Assembly: GCA_028285595.1 (NCBI GenBank)
Contig: JANQOW010000053.1
Location: 2,079 to 66,078 of the forward strand
From: Hyphomicrobiales bacterium
GTDB lineage: Bacteria > Pseudomonadota > Alphaproteobacteria > Rhizobiales > CAJQND01
Direction: 5' to 3'
DNA: 64,000 nt
Below are positions 38,003-47,439 of this stretch, in pieces; the stretch's first letter is position 1; each line of letters begins with the position of its first letter. Both the position numbers and the translations under genes were made by a program. Under the pieces are notes generated by a model. That model made no database searches. It had not been told where the DNA came from and saw only the letters and a list, made by a program, of their open reading frames with translations.

Positions 38003-39406
38003 TCACGTCCTGACGGGTGACATGCCTTTAAGTGCCGCATTGAACTCGGCGAGGGACGACATCTCATCCAACCTAAGAACAGCCTGCAGCGTTTGTTCCA
38101 AGTTTTCGTCAGAGATGTCCAGATTCAATGAGGCCGTCTCTCTGAATTTCTCCTCAAACTGGGCGCGCACAAGATCACGACCAGGAGCGCCTGTCCACAG
38201 GCCAACGCTCGCACTGGCCCGCCGGCCATCCTTCATGACCACCTCAACCGTGTCCGGGTCCTGCGGATCAACATTGATCTCAGGTCGCCGCGGTTGTCTG
38301 GTCGACACATCGACCCTCCCCGCGAGAGCCAAAATATCCTCACGCTGAACCGCTGCGTCACTGAAATCGGCAATCCGGTTGGCACCGGTGACCAGCCCGA
38401 GCGCGACGCAATAGGCCGTGCTGAAGAGGGCCTCCGTGCGGTCTTTGGGCACACCAAAAGGCAAGATGGCGAGGTGGAAGTCCGGCAGCGATGCCGAAGC
38501 GCTCGCAACATCGTCTGCAGACTTGATACCCAACTTGCCATGAAGCTCAATCGAACAATCGACGGATCGGTGCGTATAGCCACAGGATGGATAAACCTTG
38601 GCGCCAAGACCGAACTCTACAATAGCCCAGGGATCGCCCAACTTTGCTAGGGCCCCTTCGAAATTGGCTTTCCCTCGCGGCACCAAAAGGGTTCGAAAAC
38701 TGACATCACCGTCGAGCGCGCCCGTATAAGCAGTAGCACCGGACCGCCCCAGGCTGGCCGCCACGAGCCCGGTCTTGGCCGAGAACCCTGCGTGCAGGGG
38801 TTTGGCCGATGTGCCGAACTGGCTGACATAGCCTGAGCCAAGCGATGTGGTCAGCGAAAGCGCAGCCGCCACTGCACGTGAGTCCAACCCCCAAAGCCTG
38901 CAAACCGCAGCAGTGGCGCCGAAACTGTCCAGCGTGCTCGTCGTGTGCCAGCCAAGATTGTAATGGCCCATATTGACCGCTTCACCGAGACGGAAGATCA
39001 CCTCAAGTCCGACCAGATACGCGTCCAACAGGGCCATACCCGGCACATCCTCCCCAAGCTGATGAGAGGCTGCCAAAACGGCCGGCACCAATACGGCACT
39101 TGCATGATCATTGGCTTGGAGAGTGTAGTCGTCCAGATCATAAGCATGGGCGGCCGCTCCATTCGCCATCGCGGCCCACGGCGGCGGCAGACTGTGTTCC
39201 GTGCCATACACCGGCGCCGTGCCGGCACCCCAATCCTGTGCCGCTGCTATGGCCGCCTGGGGGGCAACCGCATTCGTTCCAAGAAGCATGCATCCGATCG
39301 TATCCAAAAACGCGCACTTTGCGCGTTCGATCGCGCCTGCGGGGTGCTGCACAGAGCTCACACTCGTAACGAACTTTGCAAGCGTGTCGATCGCCACTTC
39401 AGACAT
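38003..39406 (-). CDS. MmgE/PrpD family protein (copy 1)
   Basis: 467 aa; LDTIGCMLLG, AHAYDLDD, GWHTTST and KPLHAG are family hallmarks. Start MSEVAIDTLAKF at 39406. Confidence 0.85.
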   Translation of the reverse strand: MSEVAIDTLAKFVTSVSSVQHPAGAIERAKCAFLDTIGCMLLGTNAVAPQAAIAAAQDWGAGTAPVYGTEHSLPPPWAAMANGAAAHAYDLDDYTLQANDHASAVLVPAVLAASHQLGEDVPGMALLDAYLVGLEVIFRLGEAVNMGHYNLGWHTTSTLDSFGATAAVCRLWGLDSRAVAAALSLTTSLGSGYVSQFGTSAKPLHAGFSAKTGLVAASLGRSGATAYTGALDGDVSFRTLLVPRGKANFEGALAKLGDPWAIVEFGLGAKVYPSCGYTHRSVDCSIELHGKLGIKSADDVASASASLPDFHLAILPFGVPKDRTEALFSTAYCVALGLVTGANRIADFSDAAVQREDILALAGRVDVSTRQPRRPEINVDPQDPDTVEVVMKDGRRASASVGLWTGAPGRDLVRAQFEEKFRETASLNLDISDENLEQTLQAVLRLDEMSSLAEFNAALKGMSPVRT

Positions 39407-39420
39407 AACGGCTCTGCACC

Positions 39421-41460
39421 TCACAAAACACGGCAAAGCCGGTTGGCTTCAAGCAGTGCGGCGTGGATGTTGCGCTGGGCAACAGCATCGCCAATGCGGT
39501 AGAGCTGGTACGACCCTTCCGTATTCTCGCCCTCCGGCTGCGGTTCCAACTGCACGAGCGCTTCAACATCGAGATCACCGAGGTTTCTGGATCCTGCAGA
39601 CAGGTCGTGAAACGGCCCATCGGCGGGAACAGTGCAGGTTTCAACGATAACTTGATCGAACCGCCGTTCCACAATGGTTCGCGAAAAGTCGTTCCACAAG
39701 CTGGCAACCAGCAAATTGCCGTCGCGTCGAACCCCCTTAAGGCGGTGGTTGGGCGTTAAGGTCGCGCCGTTATTGTAGAGGTTCCGCAGGTAGACCGGGA
39801 TGTTCTGGCCACCAATGTTCAGTCCCACTTGCAGATCGGGGGTCACAATCTCAACGTTCGCCCCGTTGGAGGCAAGCCAGTCGGCGGTTGCAACGGCTCC
39901 ATGGTTGCCGGTCTCATCATAGACAAGGACATTTTCACCAGGGCCCGTCTCGCCGGACAAAACCTCCCAGGTTGAGACGGTGAGCTCTCCACCGCCATTC
40001 TCCAATTGAGCATCCGGCACACCTCCGGTGGCAACCACCACCACATCGGTCTGCTCATCCAGCGCTTCAGGCCCTTCCACATAGCGGTTCAGGTGGACCG
40101 CTACGCCCAACACCTCCAGTTCTTGCGCCAACCAGTCGGCAATGCCGATCATATCCTTCCGCCAACCGGCCCGCGCAGCCAGCACAATCTGCCCACCCAG
40201 CCTGGCACCTGCCTCATAGAGGGTGACCTTGTGCCCTCTCAACGCGGCCACCCGGGCAGCTTCCATGCCACCTGGTCCCCCGCCGATAACAACCACCTTC
40301 TTTTGCGCATCGGCCTTCGCAATCTCATGAGGCAACCAACCGTCCCGGCCGGTTGAGACATTGTGGACGCAAAGCGTCTCTCCACCGGCGTAAATACGGT
40401 CGATGCAGTAACCAGCCCCGACGCAGGGCCGAATGCGGGCTTCCTCGCCGCGCATCAATTTGGACACAAGGTGGGGGTCGGCCATATGAGGTCGCGTGAG
40501 GCCCGCCATATCCACGTACCCCTCGGCTATGGCCCAATCTGCCGTGGCCGGATCAGACAGACGTGCGGCTTGGAACACAGGCAAAGCGCTCGCCTCTTTA
40601 ACTCTGCGGGCCAGTTCCACATATGGAGCGGCCTTGTAGGCCATGCCTGGGAACGTCTCGGCAAGCCCGTGGAGCGAACCGCCGTAGGCGCCGTTGATGT
40701 TGAGAAAATCCATTGAGCCGTGTGCACCGATCATCCGAGCAAGTTCGACCCCCTCCTCTGACGGCATGCCGTTCTCATTGGTTTCATCAGCCGCGAAACG
40801 GACGCCGACAATAAAGTCGTCACCAACGCGCGCGCGAACCGCCTCCATGACCTCAATCAGAAACCGCGCCCTGTTCTCCAATTCGCCCCCGTAATCATCC
40901 GTTCGCGCATTTGACAGGGGAGAGAGATATTGCCCCAAGAGATGAGTGGTCGCCAAAATCTCGCATCCATCCAAGCCGCCCTCACGACACCTCAACGCGG
41001 CTTCGGCAAAATCCTTGACGATGCGGGCGATGTCGTGTGTCGACATTTCGCGGGGCACGGAGTGATGAGCCGGGTCGCGGATAACGCTTGGCCCGATGGT
41101 TGGGAGCCAGTCTCCCGCAGCCCACCCGGTGCGCCGGCCCATGTGTGTGATCTGGCACATGAGACCTGCGCCATGTTGGTGGACCCGCTGGGCGAATTCA
41201 CGGAAGACCGGGATAATGCTGTCATCGCCCACATAGATTTGGCCGTAGATGGATCCGGAATCCCTGCTGATGTTGGATGACCCACCAAACATGGTCAGTC
41301 CGATGCCACCCTTTGCCTTCTCCTCATGGTAGGCCTGATAGCGCTCACCAGGTTTGCCGGCCTCCGCATAGCCGGGCGCATGCGCAGTTGAGACCACGCG
41401 GTTCTTAAAGGTGCGCCCGCGGATTGTGATTGGAGACAACAGGTTTTTGTAAGCGCTCAT
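39421..41460 (-). CDS. FMN (OYE-like TIM barrel) plus FAD/NAD(P)-binding two-domain oxidoreductase, N-methylproline demethylase (StcD)-like
   Basis: 679 aa. An N-terminal OYE barrel (FKNRVVSTAH, ERYQAYHEEKAKGGIGLTM, DDYGG) is followed by the Cys cluster RPCVGAGYC...LCVHN. The second domain carries VVVIGGGPGGMEAARVAALRGHKVTLYE. Confidence 0.8.
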   Translation of the reverse strand: MSAYKNLLSPITIRGRTFKNRVVSTAHAPGYAEAGKPGERYQAYHEEKAKGGIGLTMFGGSSNISRDSGSIYGQIYVGDDSIIPVFREFAQRVHQHGAGLMCQITHMGRRTGWAAGDWLPTIGPSVIRDPAHHSVPREMSTHDIARIVKDFAEAALRCREGGLDGCEILATTHLLGQYLSPLSNARTDDYGGELENRARFLIEVMEAVRARVGDDFIVGVRFAADETNENGMPSEEGVELARMIGAHGSMDFLNINGAYGGSLHGLAETFPGMAYKAAPYVELARRVKEASALPVFQAARLSDPATADWAIAEGYVDMAGLTRPHMADPHLVSKLMRGEEARIRPCVGAGYCIDRIYAGGETLCVHNVSTGRDGWLPHEIAKADAQKKVVVIGGGPGGMEAARVAALRGHKVTLYEAGARLGGQIVLAARAGWRKDMIGIADWLAQELEVLGVAVHLNRYVEGPEALDEQTDVVVVATGGVPDAQLENGGGELTVSTWEVLSGETGPGENVLVYDETGNHGAVATADWLASNGANVEIVTPDLQVGLNIGGQNIPVYLRNLYNNGATLTPNHRLKGVRRDGNLLVASLWNDFSRTIVERRFDQVIVETCTVPADGPFHDLSAGSRNLGDLDVEALVQLEPQPEGENTEGSYQLYRIGDAVAQRNIHAALLEANRLCRVL

Positions 41461-42749
41461 TTAGATCTCCCAGCATTGCTCCACACATCGCGGGCGCGAA
41501 AAACAACATCCGCAAAAGGCAAAAACCAGGGACTTCCCCGATGCCACCATCGATTGGGAAACCCTGTCTTAGTGAACGCCGTCTCTCCGTCGCGGTCCCC
41601 GGCCATCAACAGGGCTGCTTTGTGGCCCAGATAGGGTGCCATGGCATTGCCGCTGCCGGAGTAACCCATGGCATGCCAAACGCCATCTTCTTTGCCGACA
41701 TGGGGCAGGAAGTCGAAGGTGAACCCGGTTCTGCCGCGCCAACTATGAGAGAATCCGACGCCTTTCAGTTCGGGAAAGATCTGCGTCATCAACCCTCGCA
41801 GCTCAGATTGTGCAATAGACTCAGGGGCATTGAACAGAGCCGCACGCCCACCGAACACAAGCCGTGTCCCATCTGGTGATGCCCGGTAATAGCAATGTCG
41901 TTCCCGGCTCTCCGCCACCATGCGCCCTCCTGGCAGGAGATCTTTGATCCGGTTCTCGCCGAGAGGCTCGGTGACAACAATGAAGCTCGGGATCGGAACA
42001 ATGCGCCGCTTCAGTGTCGAAAGGTGAGATGGGGTATAGCCGTTTGTGGCCACCAACACCTCGCCGGCGCGGACCCTTCCGCGGGGCGTATCGATGACAA
42101 CTCCCGCATCTGCCTGCTGCACACTTGTGACCGGCGTGTGCCCTTGGACCAGTGCGCCGGCGCGCTGGGCAGCGTTCAGAATACCTTGCACCCATTTGGC
42201 CGGATTCAGTCCACCATGCCTTGGAAAAACGATGCCGCCCGAATAGAGATCGCTGTTGACCTCGTCGCGCTGACGGGATTTCGGCACCATCTCCGCTTCA
42301 AGCGGGATCAACGATTGTAGGCGCTCAAGCCCCCGTGCCGAACTCTCATATTCCGATGGATGCCAGAGGCCGCGAAATCTTCCGGTCTCCGCGAAATCAC
42401 AGTCAATCTCTTCTTCGGCGATGAGGTCCTTGACGAAGTTGGTGGCGTTCAGATGTGCTTCTGTCAGCAGATCAAGGGCCGTCGCCTTACCGAACCGTGC
42501 CTCCATGTCGTCGATAGACATGCGATGCCCCCCACCGATCATCCCGCCATTGCGGGAACTTGCACCGATGCCAGGCGCTTCGGCGTCGAGAACCAGAACC
42601 GCTTTACCTTTCTTTGCCAATGTCCGCGCAGCGGAGAGGCCCGTCAGGCCGGCCCCAACGATCACAAAGTCAATGTCCTGCGGCAACGGGGCCTCTTTGG
42701 GCGACGTTGGCTCCCCTGCATCGTCCCACCAGTAGGGTTCAAATTTCAT
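41457..42749 (-). CDS. FAD-dependent oxidoreductase (DAO family; amine/amino-acid oxidase or dehydrogenase type)
   Basis: 430 aa with the dinucleotide fold DFVIVGAGLTGLSAARTLAKKGKAVLVLD. ATGA overlap with the downstream gene. Start MKFEPYWWDD at 42749 is verified in frame. Confidence 0.85.
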   Translation of the reverse strand: MKFEPYWWDDAGEPTSPKEAPLPQDIDFVIVGAGLTGLSAARTLAKKGKAVLVLDAEAPGIGASSRNGGMIGGGHRMSIDDMEARFGKATALDLLTEAHLNATNFVKDLIAEEEIDCDFAETGRFRGLWHPSEYESSARGLERLQSLIPLEAEMVPKSRQRDEVNSDLYSGGIVFPRHGGLNPAKWVQGILNAAQRAGALVQGHTPVTSVQQADAGVVIDTPRGRVRAGEVLVATNGYTPSHLSTLKRRIVPIPSFIVVTEPLGENRIKDLLPGGRMVAESRERHCYYRASPDGTRLVFGGRAALFNAPESIAQSELRGLMTQIFPELKGVGFSHSWRGRTGFTFDFLPHVGKEDGVWHAMGYSGSGNAMAPYLGHKAALLMAGDRDGETAFTKTGFPNRWWHRGSPWFLPFADVVFRARDVWSNAGRSK

Positions 42750-44262
42750 CGTTGCCGATTTCACGTGAGCGGCGCTCCACAAATGCGTTCAAAGCTTCCG
42801 CGCGATCTGCTTCCAGGTTTGGTGCTTCGTAGGCCGCCAACATTTCCTTCCACTTGGCGTTGGCGCGGATAGCGGTATCGGGCGAACCATCAGCCTCCCA
42901 GAACTCATAGGGTCTCCAGTCTGACAGAATGGGAGCGTGAAAGGCCGTCTGATACCGGGCCATTGTGTGCGAAGACCCCAGGAAATGCCCGCCGGGGCCA
43001 ACTTCTTCAATGGCGGCAATCGCTTCCTCTGCATCGCTGAAGTCAATACGGCCACTGAGAGCCCCCATCATCCCGATCATTTCCGCATCAATGATCGTCT
43101 TTTCAAAACCTGTGGTAAGGCCGGCCTCCATCCAACCGTGCGCATGATAGACGCAATGCGCCCCGCACAGCACACCAGCCCACAAGGAGAACATTGTTTC
43201 ATATGCGCCCTGGGCGTCCGGGGCATTGGAGCTGGAGCCCAGCATGAGGCGTTGGGGAAGCTTATAGCGGCGGGCCATCTGACCGTTCGACAATGTACCG
43301 GTGACGGTTTCCGGCACACCCATGGCCGGGGCGCCGGACTTCATGTCGATCGGGGTGGTCAACACACCATAAAAGCAAGGAGCACCGGCGCGCACCATCT
43401 GAAGAAAGGCAATGACACCAATGGCCTCGGCATTACATTGGATGAGACTTCCAGATAGCGTTATCGGCGACATCGCTCCGGCAAAGGCGACGGGCGAAAT
43501 GACGTTCGCCTGGCCGTTCGCAGCCATTTCCATCGCACCTTCCAGCAGCGGTTCATCTACAACCAAGGGGGAGTTCACGGAGATACTGGCATGCAGTCGG
43601 GGCTCGGCTGCGAGTTCATCACGGGTTATGCCGTGGGCAAGTGCGGTCATCTCCAGACTATCGCGCACACGCGTTTCGCCGATCGCATAGACACGGGTCA
43701 CCTTGTCGGACAGCGTCTGCCACGAGCGCATGCTTGTCAGATGACGGGTGTTGACGGGAGTGTCGATCGGCTCGACCGGATGGCCGGAATGGAAGGCACA
43801 CGTTGGGATCATTTGGTTGAGTTTGACCAGATCCTCGAAGTCCTTTTGCGTTCCGGGGCGGCGGCCGCGATCCATGTCCAGCACGTTCGGCGCAGAAGAC
43901 GCTGAACCGAAGTGAATATCGCCGCACCCAAAGTGGAGATCGTGAGCACGATTGCGCGCCCGCATGGTGAATTCTGACGGCGCCAAAGCCAGGAAGTGTT
44001 CCACCACTTCTGGCGGAAAACGGGCGATGCCCGTCTCCCGATCAACCGCGCAGCCATTGGCCTCCAGGATAGGCCAGCTCCTCTCCGCCATAAACTTCAG
44101 CCCAATGCGCTCAAGAACCTGAAGCGAGAGTGCGTGAACTCTTTCTTCTTCTTCTGCGGTAAGCAAGTCGATCGGCGCATAGGGCCGCTGAATGGGCTTG
44201 AACGTCGGCGCCTCCGCAGGGGCTACCTCTTTGGTTCTGCGCCCTTGCCGTCGGGCAGACAT
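42739..44262 (-). CDS. MttB (trimethylamine methyltransferase) superfamily protein, non-pyrrolysine type (copy 1)
   Basis: About 507-aa uninterrupted ORF with an Arg/Lys-rich N-terminus, then LTAEEEERVHALSLQVLERIGLKF, and the C-terminus GPGGHFLGSSHTMARY. ATG 44262 is preceded by GGAGG. Confidence 0.85.
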   Translation of the reverse strand: MSARRQGRRTKEVAPAEAPTFKPIQRPYAPIDLLTAEEEERVHALSLQVLERIGLKFMAERSWPILEANGCAVDRETGIARFPPEVVEHFLALAPSEFTMRARNRAHDLHFGCGDIHFGSASSAPNVLDMDRGRRPGTQKDFEDLVKLNQMIPTCAFHSGHPVEPIDTPVNTRHLTSMRSWQTLSDKVTRVYAIGETRVRDSLEMTALAHGITRDELAAEPRLHASISVNSPLVVDEPLLEGAMEMAANGQANVISPVAFAGAMSPITLSGSLIQCNAEAIGVIAFLQMVRAGAPCFYGVLTTPIDMKSGAPAMGVPETVTGTLSNGQMARRYKLPQRLMLGSSSNAPDAQGAYETMFSLWAGVLCGAHCVYHAHGWMEAGLTTGFEKTIIDAEMIGMMGALSGRIDFSDAEEAIAAIEEVGPGGHFLGSSHTMARYQTAFHAPILSDWRPYEFWEADGSPDTAIRANAKWKEMLAAYEAPNLEADRAEALNAFVERRSREIGNDEI

Positions 44263-44325
44263 GAGAGACCTCCAAGCATGTAATCGCTGAACACTAGGCC
44301 TTTCAGTCCATGCTATCACCTGATA

Positions 44326-45279
44326 TTGTATAATTTCAGATATAACAGTTTCGCATACCTTGCTGTGAGATTTGCCGACTTACAAACGTTTATCGATGTC
44401 ATAGAGCATGGCGGCATGACCCAGGCGGCCGCCATTAACGGCGTCTCACAACCAGGGATCAGCAGGTCAATACGAGATCTTGAGACGCGTATGCGCGCGA
44501 CGTTGTTGCGCCGCACCGGGCGCGGCGTGGAGTTGACCCCTGCTGGTATGGAGTTTCTCGCCTTTGCAAAATCCAGCCTAAGCGCGCTCGAAGACGCCAA
44601 ATCAAGGATAATGGAGGTTTCCGGCAACATTCCCGAGAGGTTGCACATTGCCATTCCGGACCGGCTTGGGTCTGTGGTGTACCCGGTCCTCTATCGCCAA
44701 TTCATGCTGGAGCTTCCCGAAGTTGCGGTTGCCGCCACAGAGACCCTAACGGCGGATATGATTGACGGCATTAACGCAGGGCGCGTGGACTTGTCAGTCT
44801 CCTATCTGCCGACGATCCCTGGGGCCTACGGTGGCGAACCCGCCTTTCGCGAGAGCCTCTATTTGGTGGAGAGAAAGACCAAAACGGTCAGCAAGGACGT
44901 CACCGTCTCCCTTGCCGATGTCGCTAAGCAACCTTTTCTTCTGAACCACCAGGGCAGCGCCTACCATCGCCTCATAGATGCCGCGTTCTCAGCAGCCGGG
45001 CACAAGCTGATCGTCGCCAGAGAGTTTGAAACAGCAGAGAGCTTGCTTGCATTTGCATGCGAAGGTGAAGGCGTGACGATCCTTCCTTACAGCAACTTTC
45101 GCACGGAGGCGCAGCGCGGCGACGTTATAGGGCGGCTCATAACTGACCCGGGGATTGAGCGAAATGTCTACGTTCACGCCGGGCGACACTTGGACAACCG
45201 CACCGCAAACCTCGCCCGCGGCATCATTCTGCGCTGTCTCAATGAGATCGCCGAAAGCGTCCGCTGGTCGCCCATGTAA
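44326..45279 (+). CDS. LysR family transcriptional regulator (divergent from the MttB operon)
   Basis: HTH LQTFIDVIEHGGMTQAAAINGVSQPGISRSIRDLE plus a LysR substrate-binding domain. The start is uncertain: 44326 is TTG, and an in-frame GTG at 44365 gives a more typical N-terminus. Confidence 0.85.
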   Translation: MYNFRYNSFAYLAVRFADLQTFIDVIEHGGMTQAAAINGVSQPGISRSIRDLETRMRATLLRRTGRGVELTPAGMEFLAFAKSSLSALEDAKSRIMEVSGNIPERLHIAIPDRLGSVVYPVLYRQFMLELPEVAVAATETLTADMIDGINAGRVDLSVSYLPTIPGAYGGEPAFRESLYLVERKTKTVSKDVTVSLADVAKQPFLLNHQGSAYHRLIDAAFSAAGHKLIVAREFETAESLLAFACEGEGVTILPYSNFRTEAQRGDVIGRLITDPGIERNVYVHAGRHLDNRTANLARGIILRCLNEIAESVRWSPM

Positions 45280-45376
45280 ACCGCGCTGACGGAGCTGAAT
45301 GGACAGTGATGTCTTGACTTGGCGCCTCCGTCAACGGACATAGCTTTTCGACAGTCCTTTCAGAAAGACACAAAAC

Positions 45377-46384
45377 ATGGCTCGCAACACGCAGGTTGTC
45401 CTTAGAAACAGGCCGGGCACCCGGCTCGCCGAGACCGATGTTGAATTGGTTGAGCGCGATATACCGGAACTTGGAGAAAATGAGTTTCTTGTTGAGAGCA
45501 AATATGTGTCGATCGACTTTGCCATGCGGGGCTGGATGGCAGCGGGCCGGTCCTATGTCCCCACCCTTGATCTCGGCGCGGTGGTGCGCGGCTGTTCGGC
45601 AGGAACCGTTATCTCATCGCATAACGAGAGCTTTCCTGAGGGCGCTCAGGTTTGCGGCATGCTCGGCGTTCAAAGCCATGCCATCAGTGACGGAACAGGT
45701 GTCTACACAGTTAACCCGGAGCAAGCTTCGTTAAAACGTTGGGCGGGCGGCCTAGGGCCGACCACTGCCCTAACCGCCTATCTCGGGCTTCTCCATGCGG
45801 GCCGACCAGAACAGGACGACACCGTATTCGTCTCCGGGGCCACCGGGGCCGTTGGCTCATTGGTCGGGCAAATGGCAAAGCTCAAGAAATGCCGTGCAGT
45901 GGGCACGGCCGGCAACGCGGCCAAATGTGATTTTGTTGTGAGCGAGTACGGATTCGATGCGTGCGTCGATTACACAGCAGACACTCTTGCAGATCAGATT
46001 GCGGAGGCGTGCCCGGACCGCATTGACGTGCTTTTTGAAAATGTGGGCGGTGCCCTGTTTGATACCAGCCTGTTGCAGATGAACACGTTCGGGAGAGTTG
46101 TCCTGTGCGGCTTCACATCGGACCGCACCGCGCCGGAGCCTTATGGAGTGAAGAACCTCCGCGCGGTGCTGATGGAGCGGCTCACCATGTTGGGGTTCAT
46201 CTTGTTTGAGTATGCCGACGGGTATCAAACCGCGGCGGATGATATCGGGGCCTGGTTTGCTGACGGAAAACTGACATTGCAAGGGGATGAAGAAGTGTAT
46301 CCGGGGGGCTTGCCGGCGTTCGCCTCCGCACTGAACCGGGTGCTGGATGGACAAAACACCGGGAAGGTCATTTTGGAGATTTAG
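45377..46384 (+). CDS. NADP-dependent oxidoreductase, medium-chain dehydrogenase/reductase family (YncB/CurA/alkenal reductase-like)
   Basis: 335 aa with the cofactor motif VSGATGAVGSLVGQMAK and no catalytic Zn ligands. Confidence 0.8.
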   Translation: MARNTQVVLRNRPGTRLAETDVELVERDIPELGENEFLVESKYVSIDFAMRGWMAAGRSYVPTLDLGAVVRGCSAGTVISSHNESFPEGAQVCGMLGVQSHAISDGTGVYTVNPEQASLKRWAGGLGPTTALTAYLGLLHAGRPEQDDTVFVSGATGAVGSLVGQMAKLKKCRAVGTAGNAAKCDFVVSEYGFDACVDYTADTLADQIAEACPDRIDVLFENVGGALFDTSLLQMNTFGRVVLCGFTSDRTAPEPYGVKNLRAVLMERLTMLGFILFEYADGYQTAADDIGAWFADGKLTLQGDEEVYPGGLPAFASALNRVLDGQNTGKVILEI

Positions 46385-47298
46385 GACTCTCGCAGCCACC
46401 TGGCCCGGTCGCTGTTCTCAACAAAAGCCTGTTTGATCAGGGCGATGGTGTGACGCACCAATGGGTTTGCCGCAGTGGAGCTGCCAGCAACCGATATGCC
46501 GCGGGTAATGGTAGGCTCAATGATCTTGCGAGCGACGAGTTCGCCATTTTCGACCTCTTCCCAAAGATTGCTGTAAGGCAGAATGGTGAGCCCTTCCCCT
46601 TGAGCGGCAAAAGACACATGGGCATGGATCGTTTCCAGCTCGCGCGCCACAATTGGCTCGTGGCCGGCCTTGCGCATGCTGTCTTCGATCAGCCCTCTAT
46701 AGTGTGCGGGCCTTGACTGCAGCAAAAGAGGATAGGAGGCGACCTCTGCCATCGTCATTGCGGTCGCGTCTGTGCCCAAAAGGGCGCTTGAGCCGAAAGC
46801 GTAGAGTTCTTCATGGCCCAGTTCCTCTGAGGCTAGGTTGGGCGGCTCAGGCGGCGTGTAAAACACACCCACATCCATCTCACGGGCCGCAAGCATGTCT
46901 TGGGTCTGGATGTTCAGGTTTTCAAAGACATGGATCGACGCGTTGGGAAACGCGTTTGAAAAACTCGTGACCAGCGGAGCCATGATCAGACGTCCGACCC
47001 GCATCGGTATGGACACATTTAATGCACCGACCTCGGTGCCACGGAGTTGTTCGGCGCACTCCAGCAACTGATCGTACTCCAAGATCACTGAAGATGCCTG
47101 CTGCAGAAACACCTCTCCGGCCTTGGAAGGCTTTACGCCCCGCCCTGTTCGCTCAAACAGCTTGACCCCATGCGTCTCCTCAAGGTCCCGCACGATCCGG
47201 CTGAGAGATGCTTGGGCAACACCCAAACGAGACGCGGCCAGCGAAATGGATCCCGCCTGCTCAACGGCCAACAACATCTGCAGGTGCCTGATCTTCAT
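46381..47298 (-). CDS. LysR family transcriptional regulator (divergent from the second MttB gene)
   Basis: HTH MKIRHLQMLLAVEQAGSISLAASRLGVAQASLSRIVRDLE. The C-terminal region (TILPYSN...RW) is paralogous to the regulator at 44326-45279. Confidence 0.9.
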   Translation of the reverse strand: MKIRHLQMLLAVEQAGSISLAASRLGVAQASLSRIVRDLEETHGVKLFERTGRGVKPSKAGEVFLQQASSVILEYDQLLECAEQLRGTEVGALNVSIPMRVGRLIMAPLVTSFSNAFPNASIHVFENLNIQTQDMLAAREMDVGVFYTPPEPPNLASEELGHEELYAFGSSALLGTDATAMTMAEVASYPLLLQSRPAHYRGLIEDSMRKAGHEPIVARELETIHAHVSFAAQGEGLTILPYSNLWEEVENGELVARKIIEPTITRGISVAGSSTAANPLVRHTIALIKQAFVENSDRARWLRES

Positions 47299-47439
47299 GT
47301 TGCCTCATCATGCTCAACCGGCCTGATATTACAATAATGTTATAGCTGATGCTCTGTTTTTGTGGCTTGTTCAAACCCTGCCGGCGCTATTCGATGGTCG
47401 TGGGAATTTCGGCCTACATGCCCCTTTAAGAGGAGTGGA

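Noticed and set aside
44326-44364. TTG-initiated N-terminal 13 codons of the first LysR gene (MYNFRYNSFAYLA)
   Set aside because: This segment is the AT-rich putative operator/promoter and lacks an SD. LysR HTH domains normally begin within a few residues of the start, which favours GTG 44365. The longer coordinates are kept in the feature table only because the start cannot be settled from sequence alone.
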